Positions 1 through 12,381 of a stretch of 64,000 bases of DNA are shown here, piece by piece (position 1 is the first letter of the stretch; every line of letters begins with the position of its first letter). The translations under genes and the position numbers were made by a program. The notes under the pieces are model-generated. The model saw nothing but the letters and a program-made list of their open reading frames with translations. It made no database searches and was not told where the DNA came from. Source of the DNA: Felis catus (lineage: Eukaryota); contig NC_058368.1 in assembly GCF_018350175.1 (NCBI RefSeq), positions 196,604,001 to 196,668,000 on the forward strand, read 5' to 3'.

Positions 1-1119
1 GTGGCTAAAGCAAATCAAACACTGACATACACTAGGCATCCAATCATCATGGCTACCTGGGTTGAATCTTATTATCTGCAGGGTACTTTACCTGGAGTAT
101 GTTATCTACTCTTCTCAACAAGTTTATAAAGGAAGTATCATTATCCCCATTTCATGGTTGAAGAGATTGAAGTCAGGAAGGGTCACTTCATTTGCCCGAA
201 TTCGAACGCAGGGTGCTTTTCTTCCTGGTAACTCATTACAGCCATGTTTTTTAGCATTCCCTCTCACCTCGTAACGCCCTCACACTTTCTCTGTCACATT
301 CACCTGAGAAATACAACTGTTGTCTGGACTTTGACCAATTAGCCTCCCCAAGTCACGGGTCTAAAGATCGCCAACAGCAGCTACACCTCACTTCATCTCC
401 TTTTAAAAGTAAAAATGTTGTACATGTGTGTGTTTTCATTATTAAAAACATATACAGGCTAGTTAGCCTTCATGGAAAAAACAAAAAAAAATAGCACTCA
501 TTTAAAAACTGGTATATTTCCATGCAGGTAATTTTGCTATGGCTGTGTTTGTGGCTCTCTCAAAGACCCTTGTGTTAAAGCCTTCGCTGCTCAGGTGGTA
601 GGTAACAAAAGTGCTCATTGACAGCTCAGTTTTGACTTTCCAACGGCTGGTGAATTCTTAACATGAATATGTTGCTTGAAGTCGACTCAGCTGAGCTCCA
701 GTGCGTGAAAGCAGCTCTATTTACCTAAAGCACACTGATCTTTTTGTTGCTTTCTGTGAAAGCAAATTGATTCTTCCGTGGGCTTTAGAAAAAAGTCCAT
801 TTCTACCCTTTCTGAAGGAGCCTTGTGGAGATCCATGGATAGGACAGCCTGGGCGGCCCAGGGAGCCCACAACTTGCCTCTGTGAGCAGGAAGCAGCCCA
901 CACCCGAGAACAGATGGCTTAAAACAAAGACCTGAGGAAGGTTGAGAAGGTCATAGAAGTTGACTTCCTTTTCCTCACAGGGGGACATTTAGCTACACCA
1001 AAGTCTCAGTAGATAAGGCGGCCATCTTTGCTTTCAGGAACTGCCTACAGGGTACAACTTCACTTTAAAAAATGTCCTTAGCACAATTTGTTTGCATTTA
1101 TTGAAAAAGTAATACATGA

Positions 1120-1329
1120 GGGGCGCCTGGGCGGCTCAGTCGGTTCAGTCTCCGGCTTGATTTCAGCTCAGGTCATGATCTCATGGTTCACGAGTTCAAG
1201 CCCCGCATCAGCTCTCCATTGACAGCATGAAGCCTGCTTGGGATTCTGTCTCTCTCCCTCTGTCTCTGCCCCCTCCCTGCTCTTACTCTATCTCTCAAAA
1301 TACATAAGTAAACTTAAAAAAAAAAAAAA
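1120..1329 (+). mobile_element. Can-SINE (tRNA-derived carnivore SINE)
   Basis: GGGGCGCCTGG head, CT-rich tract, A tail; TSD aaaaagtaa(t/c)acatgag. Confidence 0.93.
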
Positions 1330-3483
1330 GTAACACATGAGCCGATGAAAAGCTCACACATTACAAAAGGATATGCCACAGAAATCTAGCCTCCCCCGAG
1401 CTGGCCAGTGTGAGCAGTCTGTCCTTCCAGGAATGTCTACGGACACCCAGATACTCCTCGAATTCTACCACCAGCACCATCCTCAACAAATGGGATGATT
1501 CCGTTTTGTGCCTTCGTTTCTCAGCTTGGGATCTTCCCCTATCAGCACAGATACAGCTACACTGTTCTGGAGACAGGCGACGTATCTGCTGGATGCAGGC
1601 ACTCAATTTGGTTAGCCAGTCTCCTGATGATGACATTATGTTGTGTCCAGACTTTGGAAAGCAGTCTGGCTGAGGCCCCCGGATGGGGCAAACGATGTTT
1701 TGCCCCCCATTTAGAAGTGTAACTGTAGGATTCATTCCCACACGTGGAATTGCTGGTTCAAAGAAGACGTGCATTGTAATCTACGAGGGATACGGCTACC
1801 CACCCAACAACAATCTTAGAAGCACAGTTGGGAAGAACTTTGGCGATTATCTAGTGTCAGTTTTAAAACGGTCTGAATGTCCTTAGACCCTCTCCACTTC
1901 CACGGTGGTTGCCGTGGCCAGGGAGTAATGGGGGAGAGGTACAGGAAAGGCCATGAGAGAGAACAAAGACAGATGCAGGATCTCCGGGTGCCCAGCTCTG
2001 CTTCCATCAGGGCAAATGGAAGAAGCACACACCGTTAGTTTTCCAGCTGGGGAAACTGAGCCCCCAAGAGCGCACACAGTAGACCCAAGACCAGAACGTG
2101 ACCCTTTTTGGGAGCCGCTGATCGGCATGAGCAGACCCTCTCCCTCTGGAGCCTGAGGAAGGTCAAGATCACCTGTCAACCAAATGGACATTCAGACACC
2201 CTTGACTGGATCAGGAATTTCTCTTTGTGGAGGTTCTGAGTCAGGAGACCAAGATAGGGCGTAGGTGTCTCCATTGAAATCTCTAGAGCAGGACTTCTCA
2301 AAGCACTGCAGGCAAGGAACACTTGTTGTTACTGTTGTTGTTATTTTAATTTCCAACCCATTTTGGACCGATACTTTTCAAAATGTGATAACAATGTATA
2401 ACTAGAAAAAAAATTTTTTAAGACATATAAAATGTAAATCCCCTCCCCCTTTTCATTCGTGTCAACAGCCCTAACTTCACTCAGTCAAACTGCCATAAAA
2501 GTTTCTAAACACTCTCAATTTCTGTTTTTATCTCAGCATGGAAGGGTACCAAATAGTTTGCAGACAGTCCCAGTCCAGGGGCTATACTGTGAATAGCCCT
2601 GCCCTGGGTAAGAGTGACGCAGAGAGTAAAACACTCTTTTAGGTTAACATAACGTTACGTTTAAGTGGCATCACAGGAAGGGTCCTGAGCATAGGAGTCA
2701 AGGCTTAGCTTCTGGTCCTGGCTCACTGTCTACTGTAAGTAAGTCCCTTCCTCTCTCTGGGTCTCAGTTTTCCCATTTGTAAAATGGTTTCTAACCTGCT
2801 CATCACAGGTGGGTGTTGAGAGGATCTAATAAGGTGATGGAATTTTCCCTGGAGAGCTAAGGGAAAGGAGCCATGTGCCAATATCCCATTACATGTTAGG
2901 AAGTCAGGTGACTGAACACACCTACTTTAGAGAATGGGAGTTCTCATGGTGCAAGGAGGTGTGAGGGATGGAAGAGGTGGAAATTGAGTTGGGGGGCACG
3001 AAGCAAGATTGGGAAGACAGGTCTGGAAGAGCTGACACAGCAAAGAGAGCAGCTGAGTGATGGGTGTGAAGGAGAAAAGGGGGCCGTGACCCTGGAGCTG
3101 AGCCCTGCAGGGATGGCTGAGTTGAGACAGGAGTCTCCTTCCCACCTCCCTCTCTCCCTGGACTCCAGAAAGCAGTCTTTCACTCTTTGTCCTTGTACTT
3201 AACCCCCAGCTCCCTTTGGAACCGCTTCCTATCCCTCTTTCCCAGATCCCAGCCCCTGCCTGGCCACCCTGAACTGGTTCCAAGGTTAAGCATGCTGAAT
3301 CATGAGTCAGCTGAGGACAGTGAGCTCAGGGGCAGCTGGGCTACGCCCTTAGAGGGCCAGGCTGGTGTTTCTAGAAAACCACAGGGCATATGGTTGAAAA
3401 CAAGCCTTGTCTCATGGACACACTCAAGCTGAAGTTTTGTCTCTGGCTGTCAAGTTATATATTTCTTTATCTCTTTTGCCTAG

Positions 3484-3548
3484 GAAATCAACTTTTACAA
3501 GGTCATTGACTATATCCTGCATGGCAAAGAAGACATCAAAGTAATCCC
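3484..3548 (+). CDS. PDE6A: PDE6A exon 6 (GAF-B region), EINFYKVIDYILHGKEDIKVIP
   Basis: cctag|GAAATC acceptor, CC|gtaagt donor; 65 bp; translation matches rod PDE6 alpha. Confidence 0.96.
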
Positions 3549-4499
3549 GTAAGTTTCTTCAAAACCTATAGAATTGTAGGCACATTATCAATATCTATAG
3601 ATACTCATTCCAAGACCAACACTAAAGCAAACCCAAGAAGGCCACGCACTTGGTTAGAGACAGGTAGAACAGTAAGGAGACGGTGTGGAAGAGTGGAAAG
3701 ACCGCACAGGTTGGGAAAAGAGGCTGGATTTTGAATCAGCTTCTGGTAGTTCCAGTCCCAGGCGTCAGTTCTCCATCTACAGAATGCGACCGTGGGATCT
3801 GATCAGAGATTTCCAGTGGTTTTCTGTGGAGGCACATCTGGGGCCCATACAGGAGGGTGAGGCAAAGGCAAGAAGCTGGTAAGGAAAGCAACTCAGTCCC
3901 CAAGGAAAGTTTATTCTCTATTGTCCTCTCTTGCCTGGCCTTGGAGGATAATGGATAATGAGAAGGAAAGAACTCCCAGAGAGCAAGGCCTCCACCTCCC
4001 TGTAAGTGGTAAGGACTCAAAGGCCGTTTTAAGATTCTAACAGTCAAGAACCTTGAAAAGGTAAAAGCTTGTACTTTTTTGGTCAGTAGTTCACTATCAA
4101 AACTTAGCTGCCTTGTTATCCATTTGAATCCTCTCTGTGTGCTAAGAGGCACGACCCACAGTTCTGTCTTGAAACCGGCTCACTTTCTCACTGAATGGCA
4201 GACATCTTCGGTCAAAATCAGACTCCGTGGGATTTACCGTAGGTCACCTTAACCCTTAAACAAGTGGGTGCAAAAGGTCACAATGGAGTCCCTCCTGGTC
4301 GCTAGGTTGAATTATAATAATCCTGTCACTCAGATAACCCAGTTCTTGGGTTTACCTTTGACTGGTTGGGGATGAGAGACTGCTTCAAACTCTTGAGTTT
4401 CTGGGTTTTCCCTGCTCATCCTTGCATAAAAACTGATTGTTTCCTAAGCTTCTCCCTTTCTTTTGCTGTTGTTGTCTCAACCTTATCAAATGCGTACTC

Positions 4500-4714
4500 T
4501 TTTTTTTAAGTTTATTCATTTATTTTGAGAGAGGCAGAGATAGCATAAATGGCAGAGAGAGAAGGAGTCAGAGAACCCCAAGCAGGTTCCGCACTGTGAG
4601 GGAACTGTCAGCGTGGAGTCCCACACACGGCTTGAATTCATGAGACCATGAGATCATGACCTGAGCCGAAACCAAGAGTTGGATGCTTAACTGACTGAGC
4701 CACCCAGGTGCCCC
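4500..4714 (-). mobile_element. Can-SINE
   Basis: Reverse head and tail; TSD tcaaatgc(g/a)tactcttt. Confidence 0.92.
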
Positions 4715-5414
4715 TCAAATGCATACTCTTTAACCACTCTGTATTCTGACTCCTTTTCTAGAGGTATAAGTTTATTAAACTCATTATCTGTGTTATAAGT
4801 TACCACAGGTCATAGTCTTCCCCCCATGTTGTACCAGTGTTCATCAAGCATCATATCCTTCTAGCTTTTGAAAACATTCACTTTGCTACCTTCCACCCAG
4901 TACCTAAGCTAAGTCACATATTTTAGGTTCTTTGTTATGGCAGCACCCTGTTTCTGATAACAATTTTTGTATTAAGATAGGCCAGGCTATGTTATGGTAA
5001 CAAAACCTTAAGACGTTAGTTGTATAAACAGTAAAAATTTGTTTATCATCCCACTACATGTAAATTGAGGTTGGTGGGTGTGAGGTTGGTTGGTGGAGTA
5101 TCATGCATGGATTGTAGTCGGGCAGGGACCACAGCTGATAGAGCAGCCACCATTTTGAACCTTGGGAGGTTGACTAACTTGCCAGAAGGAAGCTAGAACA
5201 GGACAAAACAGATACTAACTCTTAAACATCCCTTTGGAAGTGGCCCCCTTCACTTCTTTTCACATTTCATTGGCCAGAGCTGGCGTATAGCCACACCTAA
5301 CTTCAAGCAGACAGACAGAGAATGCAACCCTCTTGTGTGCCCAGGAGTGAGAGCCAAAATACTTGCAAATATCCTGACTGCCAAACTATGTGCCATCTAA
5401 ACTAAGAGAGGGGA

Positions 5415-5634
5415 GGGGTGCTTGGGTGGCTCAGTCGGTTAAGCGGCCGACTTCAGCTCAGGTCATGATCTCGCAATCCGTGAGTTCGAGCCCCGCGTCG
5501 GGCTCTGGGCTGACAGCTCAGAGCCTGGAGCCTGTTTCAGATTCTGTGTCTCCCTCTCTCTGACCCTCCCCCGTTCATTCTCTGTCTCTCTCTGTCTCAA
5601 AAATAAATAAACATTAAAAAAAATTAAAAAAAAA
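5415..5634 (+). mobile_element. Can-SINE (felid type)
   Basis: Full element; TSD taaactaagagaggg. Confidence 0.93.
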
Positions 5635-6198
5635 TAAACTAAGAGAGGGGAAAACTGAATAGTAAGTGAATGGCTAATTGAACCAAAAGAAGACAAAGTA
5701 AGGTTTAGAAAGAACATAGAACAGGTGGGAAAAAAGTAAAAAGTGCACATTAAGATAATATTTAAATCAAAATATACCAATAATTACTTTAAATATAAGT
5801 CAATTAAATGTCCCAGTTGAATGACAAAGATTGCCAACCTGGATGAGAGAGAAATCTATCATATTTCATTGGTTCTAAGATGTATAGTTTTCTACTTTTT
5901 GACATTTCTGAAACAGAATCAATGACACTGTATAATTGCTATCAGCCAGATGGCAGTCATGATGTAGTTGTTATTGACTGTCTATGCATGAACTTGGCCA
6001 TGACCATTCATATTGCTGGGACTTCAGCTGAGTTATGTGCACTGTTGGTTGTACCCATATTGAATTTAATTGCCATATAAAGTAACTAAAAGAGAGTATA
6101 TACTATAACACAGCACTGAAACAAAAAGTTGTTTTGAATGGCACAAAAAGATAAGAAAAGGTGTGGAATATAAAAATCTGTTTCTAAATTCTAAAAGA

Positions 6199-6352
6199 GG
6201 GGCACCTGGGTGGCTCAGTCGGTTAAGCATCCAACTTTGTCTCAGGTCATGATCTCACAGTTCATGAGTTCGAGCCCCACATTGGGCTGTCTACTGTCAG
6301 CCCAGAGCCCACTTCAGATCCTCTGTCCCCCTCACTCTCTGCCCCTCCCCTT
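6199..6352 (+). mobile_element. Can-SINE, 3' truncated
   Basis: Head and body present, no A tail. Confidence 0.85.
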
Positions 6353-6995
6353 ACTCAACTAGAAGCTAGAAGGCCAAAGGCCCTATGTAGTCCAGAGGTG
6401 GCACAGGAGGAGCAGGTGTGAGAGGGGGCTGGAGGGGCAGACAGAAGCCGTCTATCACAACATCTCAAGAAATTAACAACAAACCCAAAGAATAAAGATA
6501 AGCCCAGAAATGAATAAAATATAAAAAGATAAATAATGAACAAATGCCAAAAGTTGGTTCCTTGAACAGATTCATGTAACTGACAAATTTCTGGCAAGAC
6601 TGAACAAGAAAAATAGAGAGAACATCAAATGAGTTGTGTCAGAAATTAAACTGAGAATAACCACAGTAACACAAACATTAAAAAGACAAGAGGATAATTT
6701 GCCAAAAATACTTTAAATTTAGACCAGCCAGGCAAATCCCTGGAAATGGAAAACCTACTAAATACAAATCAAGAAGAAATAGAAAGCCGTAATAGTCTTA
6801 GAGCAGTAAAATAAATCAAAACCTTCCCACAAAGACACTCCAGGCTCAGATGCCTTCAGGGGTGAGTTCTACAAAATATTTAAGGAAGAAAGAATGCAAT
6901 CCTCATGTGAATCATCTAGAAGAATAGAAAAAGAAGTGGCTGATATAAACTTGACAACAAAACCCAGCAAGGGCTACGTAAAAAAGGAATATTCA

Positions 6996-7490
6996 GGGGC
7001 GCCTGGGTGGCTCAGTCGGTTGAGCATCCGACTTCAGCTCAGGTCACGATCTCGCGGTCTGTGAGTTCGAGCCCCGCGTCGGGCTCTGGGCTGACAGCTC
7101 AGAGCCTGGAGCCTGTTTCAGATTCTGTGTCTCCCTCTCTCTCTGACCCTCCCCCATTCATGCTCTGTCTCTCCCTGTCTCAAAAATAAATAAACATTAA
7201 AAAAAAAAATAGGGGCGCCTGGGTGGCGTAGTCGGTTAAGCGTCCAACTTCAGCCAGGTCACGATCTCGCGGTCCGTGAGTTCGAGCCCCGCGTCGGGCT
7301 CTGGGCTGATGGCTCAGAGCCTGGAGTCTGTTTCCGATTCTGTGTCTCCCTGTCTCTCTGCCCCTCCCCCATTCATGCTCTCTCTCTGTCCCAAAAAAAA
7401 TAAATAAAAAAAAACAAAACAAAAACAAAAACAAAAAAACAAAAAATAAAAATAAAAATAAATACAAGGGATGTAAGCAATGTTAAAAAA
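6996..7490 (+). mobile_element. Head-to-tail Can-SINE dimer (6996-7210 and 7212-7464)
   Basis: Two full SINEs within one 17-bp TSD aaaaaaggaatattcag (6980-6996, 7491-7507). Confidence 0.92.
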
Positions 7491-7950
7491 AAAAAAGGAA
7501 TATTCAGATTAAGCTCACTTGTGGACATAGATGCAAATATCCTAAACGAATTTTAGCAACCAAGGAATGAAGAAGCCACAGGGATAAAAGGTACAGCATG
7601 GGGAATATAGTTAATGCTATTGCAATAGTGCTGTAGACAGATGATACACTTGTGGTAAGCGGGGTATAACGTATACAGTTGTCAAACCACTCTGCTGTAT
7701 GCCTGAAACTAATGGAATCTTGTGTGTCGGCTACACTTCGATAAAAAAATAATTACTTTTTAAAATTTTAAGCAAATAATAACTACAAGGGATTCTATAT
7801 CATGACCCAATTGGGTCTAATCCAGGAAGGCAGGGTTGGTTTTTAACATTCGAAACATCCATCAATACAGTTGGCTACCTTAAGAGAAACATGATATAAT
7901 TATCTCCATAGAGAACTTTCTTGGCTTTCTAAAGAGAATTAAAAAAAAAA

Positions 7951-8173
7951 TTTCTTTAAGTTTTATTTATTTATTTTGAGAGAAAGGGAGAGAGAGCATG
8001 TGTGTGTGTGAGCAGGGGAGGGGCAGAGACAGAGGAAGAGAGAGAATCCCAAGCAGGCTCCACACTGTCAGCGCAGATCCGAACGTGGGGCTCTATCTCA
8101 CGAACCACGATATCATGACCTGAGCTGAAACCAAGAGTTGGGCACTTAACCAACTGAGCCCCCCAGGCACCCC
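7951..8173 (-). mobile_element. Can-SINE
   Basis: Reverse-orientation consensus match. Confidence 0.9.
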
Positions 8174-8911
8174 CCACCCTCACCCCGCAAAAAGAATGTT
8201 TTTTTTTAATGTTTGAAAATACTAAGTATCAACAGAGACATGGAAGAAAGGAAAAGTCTAATAAACTGCTGTATCCTCTAGAGTGTATACCAGAAACAAC
8301 CACTTCTGAAAAGTTGGGCTTTATCTAGTAAACTTGAAGACATGCACATCTTATAACTCAGTATTTCTACTCCTAGGTACACAGCATACAGAACTGAGAG
8401 CAGATACACATCAGACGTTCATACATCATTGTTCACATTAACCCTAAGCTGAGGGAAGGTGCCATCCGTCATTGAATGGATACTTGGTGCTATCGTTTTA
8501 TAAGAAAAAACTGGAGTCGGTAAAACAAATGGATTACAGCGACATGAAAAAGAGACCAAATGAAATAACAGACCCTGTAGGGTTCCAGCCACATGAAACT
8601 GAAAAACAGGCAGAATTAAACTAGAGGTTACTAGAAAGCATACTTAGGTAGTAAAACTCTACAGAAAAGCAAGAGTGTAACTAATCATGTCAGAACGATG
8701 GTTACCTTTGGAGTCAGGGAGAGGGCTGCCATTGGCAGGGACAGGTCAGGAACTTCCAAGGTGCTGACAAGGTTGTTCTTGACCTGGGTGTGGTTTTATG
8801 GATGTTCACTTCAGAATGATTCATGAAGATTTTAATGTGTTTCTCCACGTTTGTATTTTTTTCTCACAACAAACAAGCATAATCTTCCAATAAATAAAAG
8901 ATAATAATACT

Positions 8912-9120
8912 GGGGCCCCTGGGTGGCTCGGTCGGTTGAGCATCCGACTTCCCCTCAGGTCGTGATCTCACGGTTCTTGAGTTTGACCCCACGTTGGGCT
9001 CTGTGCTGACAGCTTGGAGCCTGGAACCTGCTTCAGATCCTGTGTCTCCCTCTCTCTCTGGCCCACCCCTGCTTACACTCTGTCTCTCAAAAATGAATAA
9101 ATGTTAAAAAAAAGTTTTTA
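8912..9120 (+). mobile_element. Can-SINE
   Basis: TSD aaaagataataata. Confidence 0.92.
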
Positions 9121-9231
9121 AAAAGATAATAATATCAAAAATAGTAATATTATCGTGAGGGATAAATCAGTATGTAAAGCACCCAGCTTAGTGCTTGGTA
9201 CGTGGTAGGAGTTCACCATAGATGTGTTTCC

Positions 9232-9234
<3 letters not shown>

Positions 9235-9271
<37 letters not shown>
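9235..9271. repeat. (CT)n microsatellite
   Basis: Perfect CT dinucleotide run. Confidence 0.95.
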
Positions 9272-9275
<4 letters not shown>

Positions 9276-9612
9276 GTATTAAGCTACCTCTCTCCGTATA
9301 AGTATTAATGGAAACGATGGGCTTCTTTTTGCTCAGCAGTCAATAACAGTATGCTGAATGAATCTTGTCCTTTTTCTTGGATCGTCAAACTCAGCATGCA
9401 CTTATAAAATATTGTATTCATCAGGCTTTTTTCCATGTCTAAATTTGAATAGTAAGATGCTTAGATAAGATTTGGGGGTCATTGAGGCGTAGTGAACGTA
9501 AGCAGGGACTGGGACCCCCCCAAGAGAGTAGAGGGGGGACAAGACCCAGATTCAAGGGTTTCGTCCAACTGTCCCTATATCAAAAGTTACCAGTTGTCTT
9601 TGGCCTTTACAG

Positions 9613-9679
9613 GAACCCACCTCCTGATCATTGGGCTTTAGTAAGTGGTCTCCCCACTTACGTCGCCCAGAATGGCCTG
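9613..9679 (+). CDS. PDE6A: PDE6A exon 7, [22 protein letters not shown]
   Basis: ttacag|G acceptor, CTG|gtaagt donor; 67 bp; phase fits exon 6. Confidence 0.96.
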
Positions 9680-9909
9680 GTAAGTAATGCAACTTTGAAG
9701 GGGGAGGGTCTTGAATCGTTGGAAGTGTGAAAGGATTTCAGATCGAGAGAGTAGGAAACACGGCGGGAAGTGAGTCTCTAAAAGCCTGAGTCTCATTCCT
9801 CAGTTCGCTTGACCCTTGGTGCACATCACCCCATGTTTGAGCCCGGTCACCCCTCTTTAGCCTTCCCCAGGCACACGCTACACAACGCTGCTCCTGTAGC
9901 GAGAAGTTT

Positions 9910-11500
9910 ACTTGTTGAACATTTTCAATGTACCAGGCACTGCCGTTGGCTCTGGGGATGGAAAGACAGATGCATCAGAGATAGTGTCTGTTCTGAAGCT
10001 CGTAATCAACTGGGGAGATATTTTAAACAGATTCTTCTACTCCAGTGTGATAAGGGCACAATAGAGATTTACCGGGTATAGTCTAGGAGCACAGGGTAGG
10101 GGGCATCTAAACTAGCCTTTTCTTCCTAGAGTGTCGGTCTGAGTTGAGTTTTAAAATAAATAGGGTCTTAGGCAGATAAGAGCAGGAAAGGGAAGTCAGG
10201 TGGAGGCAGCGACGTGGGCAAACACGGGCCTGGAGGTTTGCACAGCAAGGTGTATGCAGTTGAGTGTGGCTGGAGTATTAGGTTTGAGATAGAAAGCCTT
10301 CAACAGACGAGCCTCGTGAGGGAAAGAAGCTCCAGATAGCAGTGGCCTTGGATGCCTTGGATGGGACTTCAACCTATAGGCACTGAGTTTTTAAGCAAGA
10401 GATTGACACGGTCAATTTCCATGTTAACAAGATAACTCTGAGAGCTCCCTGGAAGATAGATCTGAAGATATTAAGAGGCAGAGCAAAAAGCACATCCTTA
10501 CAAGCAAGAGAAGACGGGCATCTCAAGAAAGGCACGGGCAGCGAGGAGGGCTCTCGTTAGCAGCAACAGCCAGTGAGGGCCTACGAGCCGCGCAGTAAAT
10601 AAATTTGCTCATTCAATACGCACGCAGGTCTGACAGAGACAAGATGAAGAGAGGGAGACCAGGGCTCAGATCTAATATCAGGAGGGTAAAGTTGGCAGGA
10701 CTTCATGATCATGGGCAGAGAGGGAGGGAGAGAGAAGGGTCAGGGCTGATCTCAGGCTTCTGGACTGGATAAGCAGTGCTGACCAGAGGGTTGGATGCGA
10801 GGTGATGAGGTCAGTTTCAGACAAGATGACACGGAGACGTTTTTAGGCAGCAAATGTCCAGTGGGCAGCTGAAGAGATGACTCTGAAGCTGTGGAGAGAG
10901 AGGAGAGCTGGAGACAGGGGACTTGAAAGACATCAGGACCAGATGGTTCTGGAAACCATGTGTGTGGATGAAGTCACCAGGGAGAGTGAGAGGGACCTGG
11001 GGTGGGATGCTGTTGGGTGCCAGCATTTAAAGACTAAAGAGGAGCGTGTGAAGGCTAGAAGGAGGGTTCAGAGGTATCTGGAGACCCAGGCGGGAGTAGG
11101 TGTCGTGGAAACCGAGGAAGTAAAGCGATTCAACAAGGAGAGAGATGGCCAAGCAGCAAAAGCGATCTAGTGAGATTGGCAATTAGGTCACTGGCGGCCC
11201 TGATGAGAGCGGGTTTGGTGGTGAGGCAGAGGTGGAAGCTGGCGTGGGGTCTGCGGAGGGGTGGATGGATGATAAGCAGGTAGAGAATCACAAAAGAAAA
11301 GAAGAGAAAAAAGCCTGGGTGGGTTGCTACTGGGACCGTGTTTGGGTGAAGAGAGATTTCACGTTCAAGGATGGGAGAGACTCAAGCAAGCTCATGGCTG
11401 AGGGAAGGAGCCCTCAGAGAGGTCAGGGGTCAGGAGAGAACAACGGCAACTGATGGAAATGGTCCAAAGAGAGGCCAGAGGGATGCGGCAGTAGGTAAGC
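9910..11500 (-). mobile_element. L2 LINE remnant
   Basis: ttgaacattttcaatgtaccaggcactg 3'-end motif and purine-rich L2-like body; by eye. Confidence 0.6.
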
Positions 11501-12333
11501 AGCTCTTGAACAGGAGCAGAGACAGACAGCTCACCCTCTGAGACCACATGATGGTCAGGGCCAATGGGACAGGCAGGGTCACTTCAAATCCTTTGGGTGC
11601 CTTTTTGAGAACTTGGAAAAAGCATGCCTTCTCAGTGGGTGCAAAGAGAAAGACTAGGGGCGTCCCTCTGCAAGTCAAGAACAAGCTGGAGATTAACTCC
11701 CAGGCAGCCCTTCAGTGGTGTGCTTTTGTGCAGTGTGCACACCATGCAACTGTACACGGTGGCCCCAAGGGCAGGGCTCTGGAGGGGTGAGGTACGTCCC
11801 ATCCATATGGTAGGGTTAACTAGTTCAATTTTTAGGAGACGAATGTGGCAATATAAAACCAGAGCTACAACACTTTTATTTCTCATTCTACTTTGGGGTT
11901 TATGCCCCCAGAAAAAAACTCCTTCCTTAACAAAACAAACAATACCAAACCCAAATGTAACGGACTGAAAGATGCTTAGAGTAGCATTACTTATATTAAT
12001 AGTAACAAAAACGGGATACCACCCAAACATTCAGCAAAAGGGGGACAAGCAAATGAGATACTATGCAGCTGTTAACAATGACAAATTGTAGCCTTAATTT
12101 CTTTCAAAGCTTAGAAATGACTGAGGAAGCAAATGGCAAGAACTAATGTTCGTCCAGGTAGCTTTTCTGTCCAATAACCTCAGTTAATCATTCAAAGCCA
12201 TCTTGAGCATGTCTACCTAATGAAAAGAATGTGAACGCCTTGGGCAAGGACATAGCATTTCTGAAAGCAGGGCTTCACTAGGTATGCTATCGCGACTAAT
12301 CACAGCTCTGTTATTCCTCCCCATGGCTTTCAG

Positions 12334-12381
12334 ATTTGCAACATCATGAATGCGCCTGCGGAGGACTTTTTCGAATTCCAG
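12334..12381 (+). CDS. PDE6A: PDE6A exon 8, ICNIMNAPAEDFFEFQ
   Basis: tttcag|ATT acceptor; 48 bp; non-canonical CAG|gcaagt donor. Confidence 0.93.

Larger units (their letters stand above)
5640..8900 (+). mobile_element. Old degraded LINE-1 (ORF2/3' region) interrupted by SINEs, a Tigger-like DNA element (~5860-6150) and a short L1 3' end (~7570-7750)
   Basis: A-rich L1-like text (e.g. caggctcagatgccttcaggggtgagttctacaaaatatttaaggaag); boundaries approximate. Confidence 0.65.

Noticed and set aside
1..3483. PDE6A exon 5 or a promoter
   Set aside because: No matching coding sequence seen; the segment looks like intron 5 with repeats
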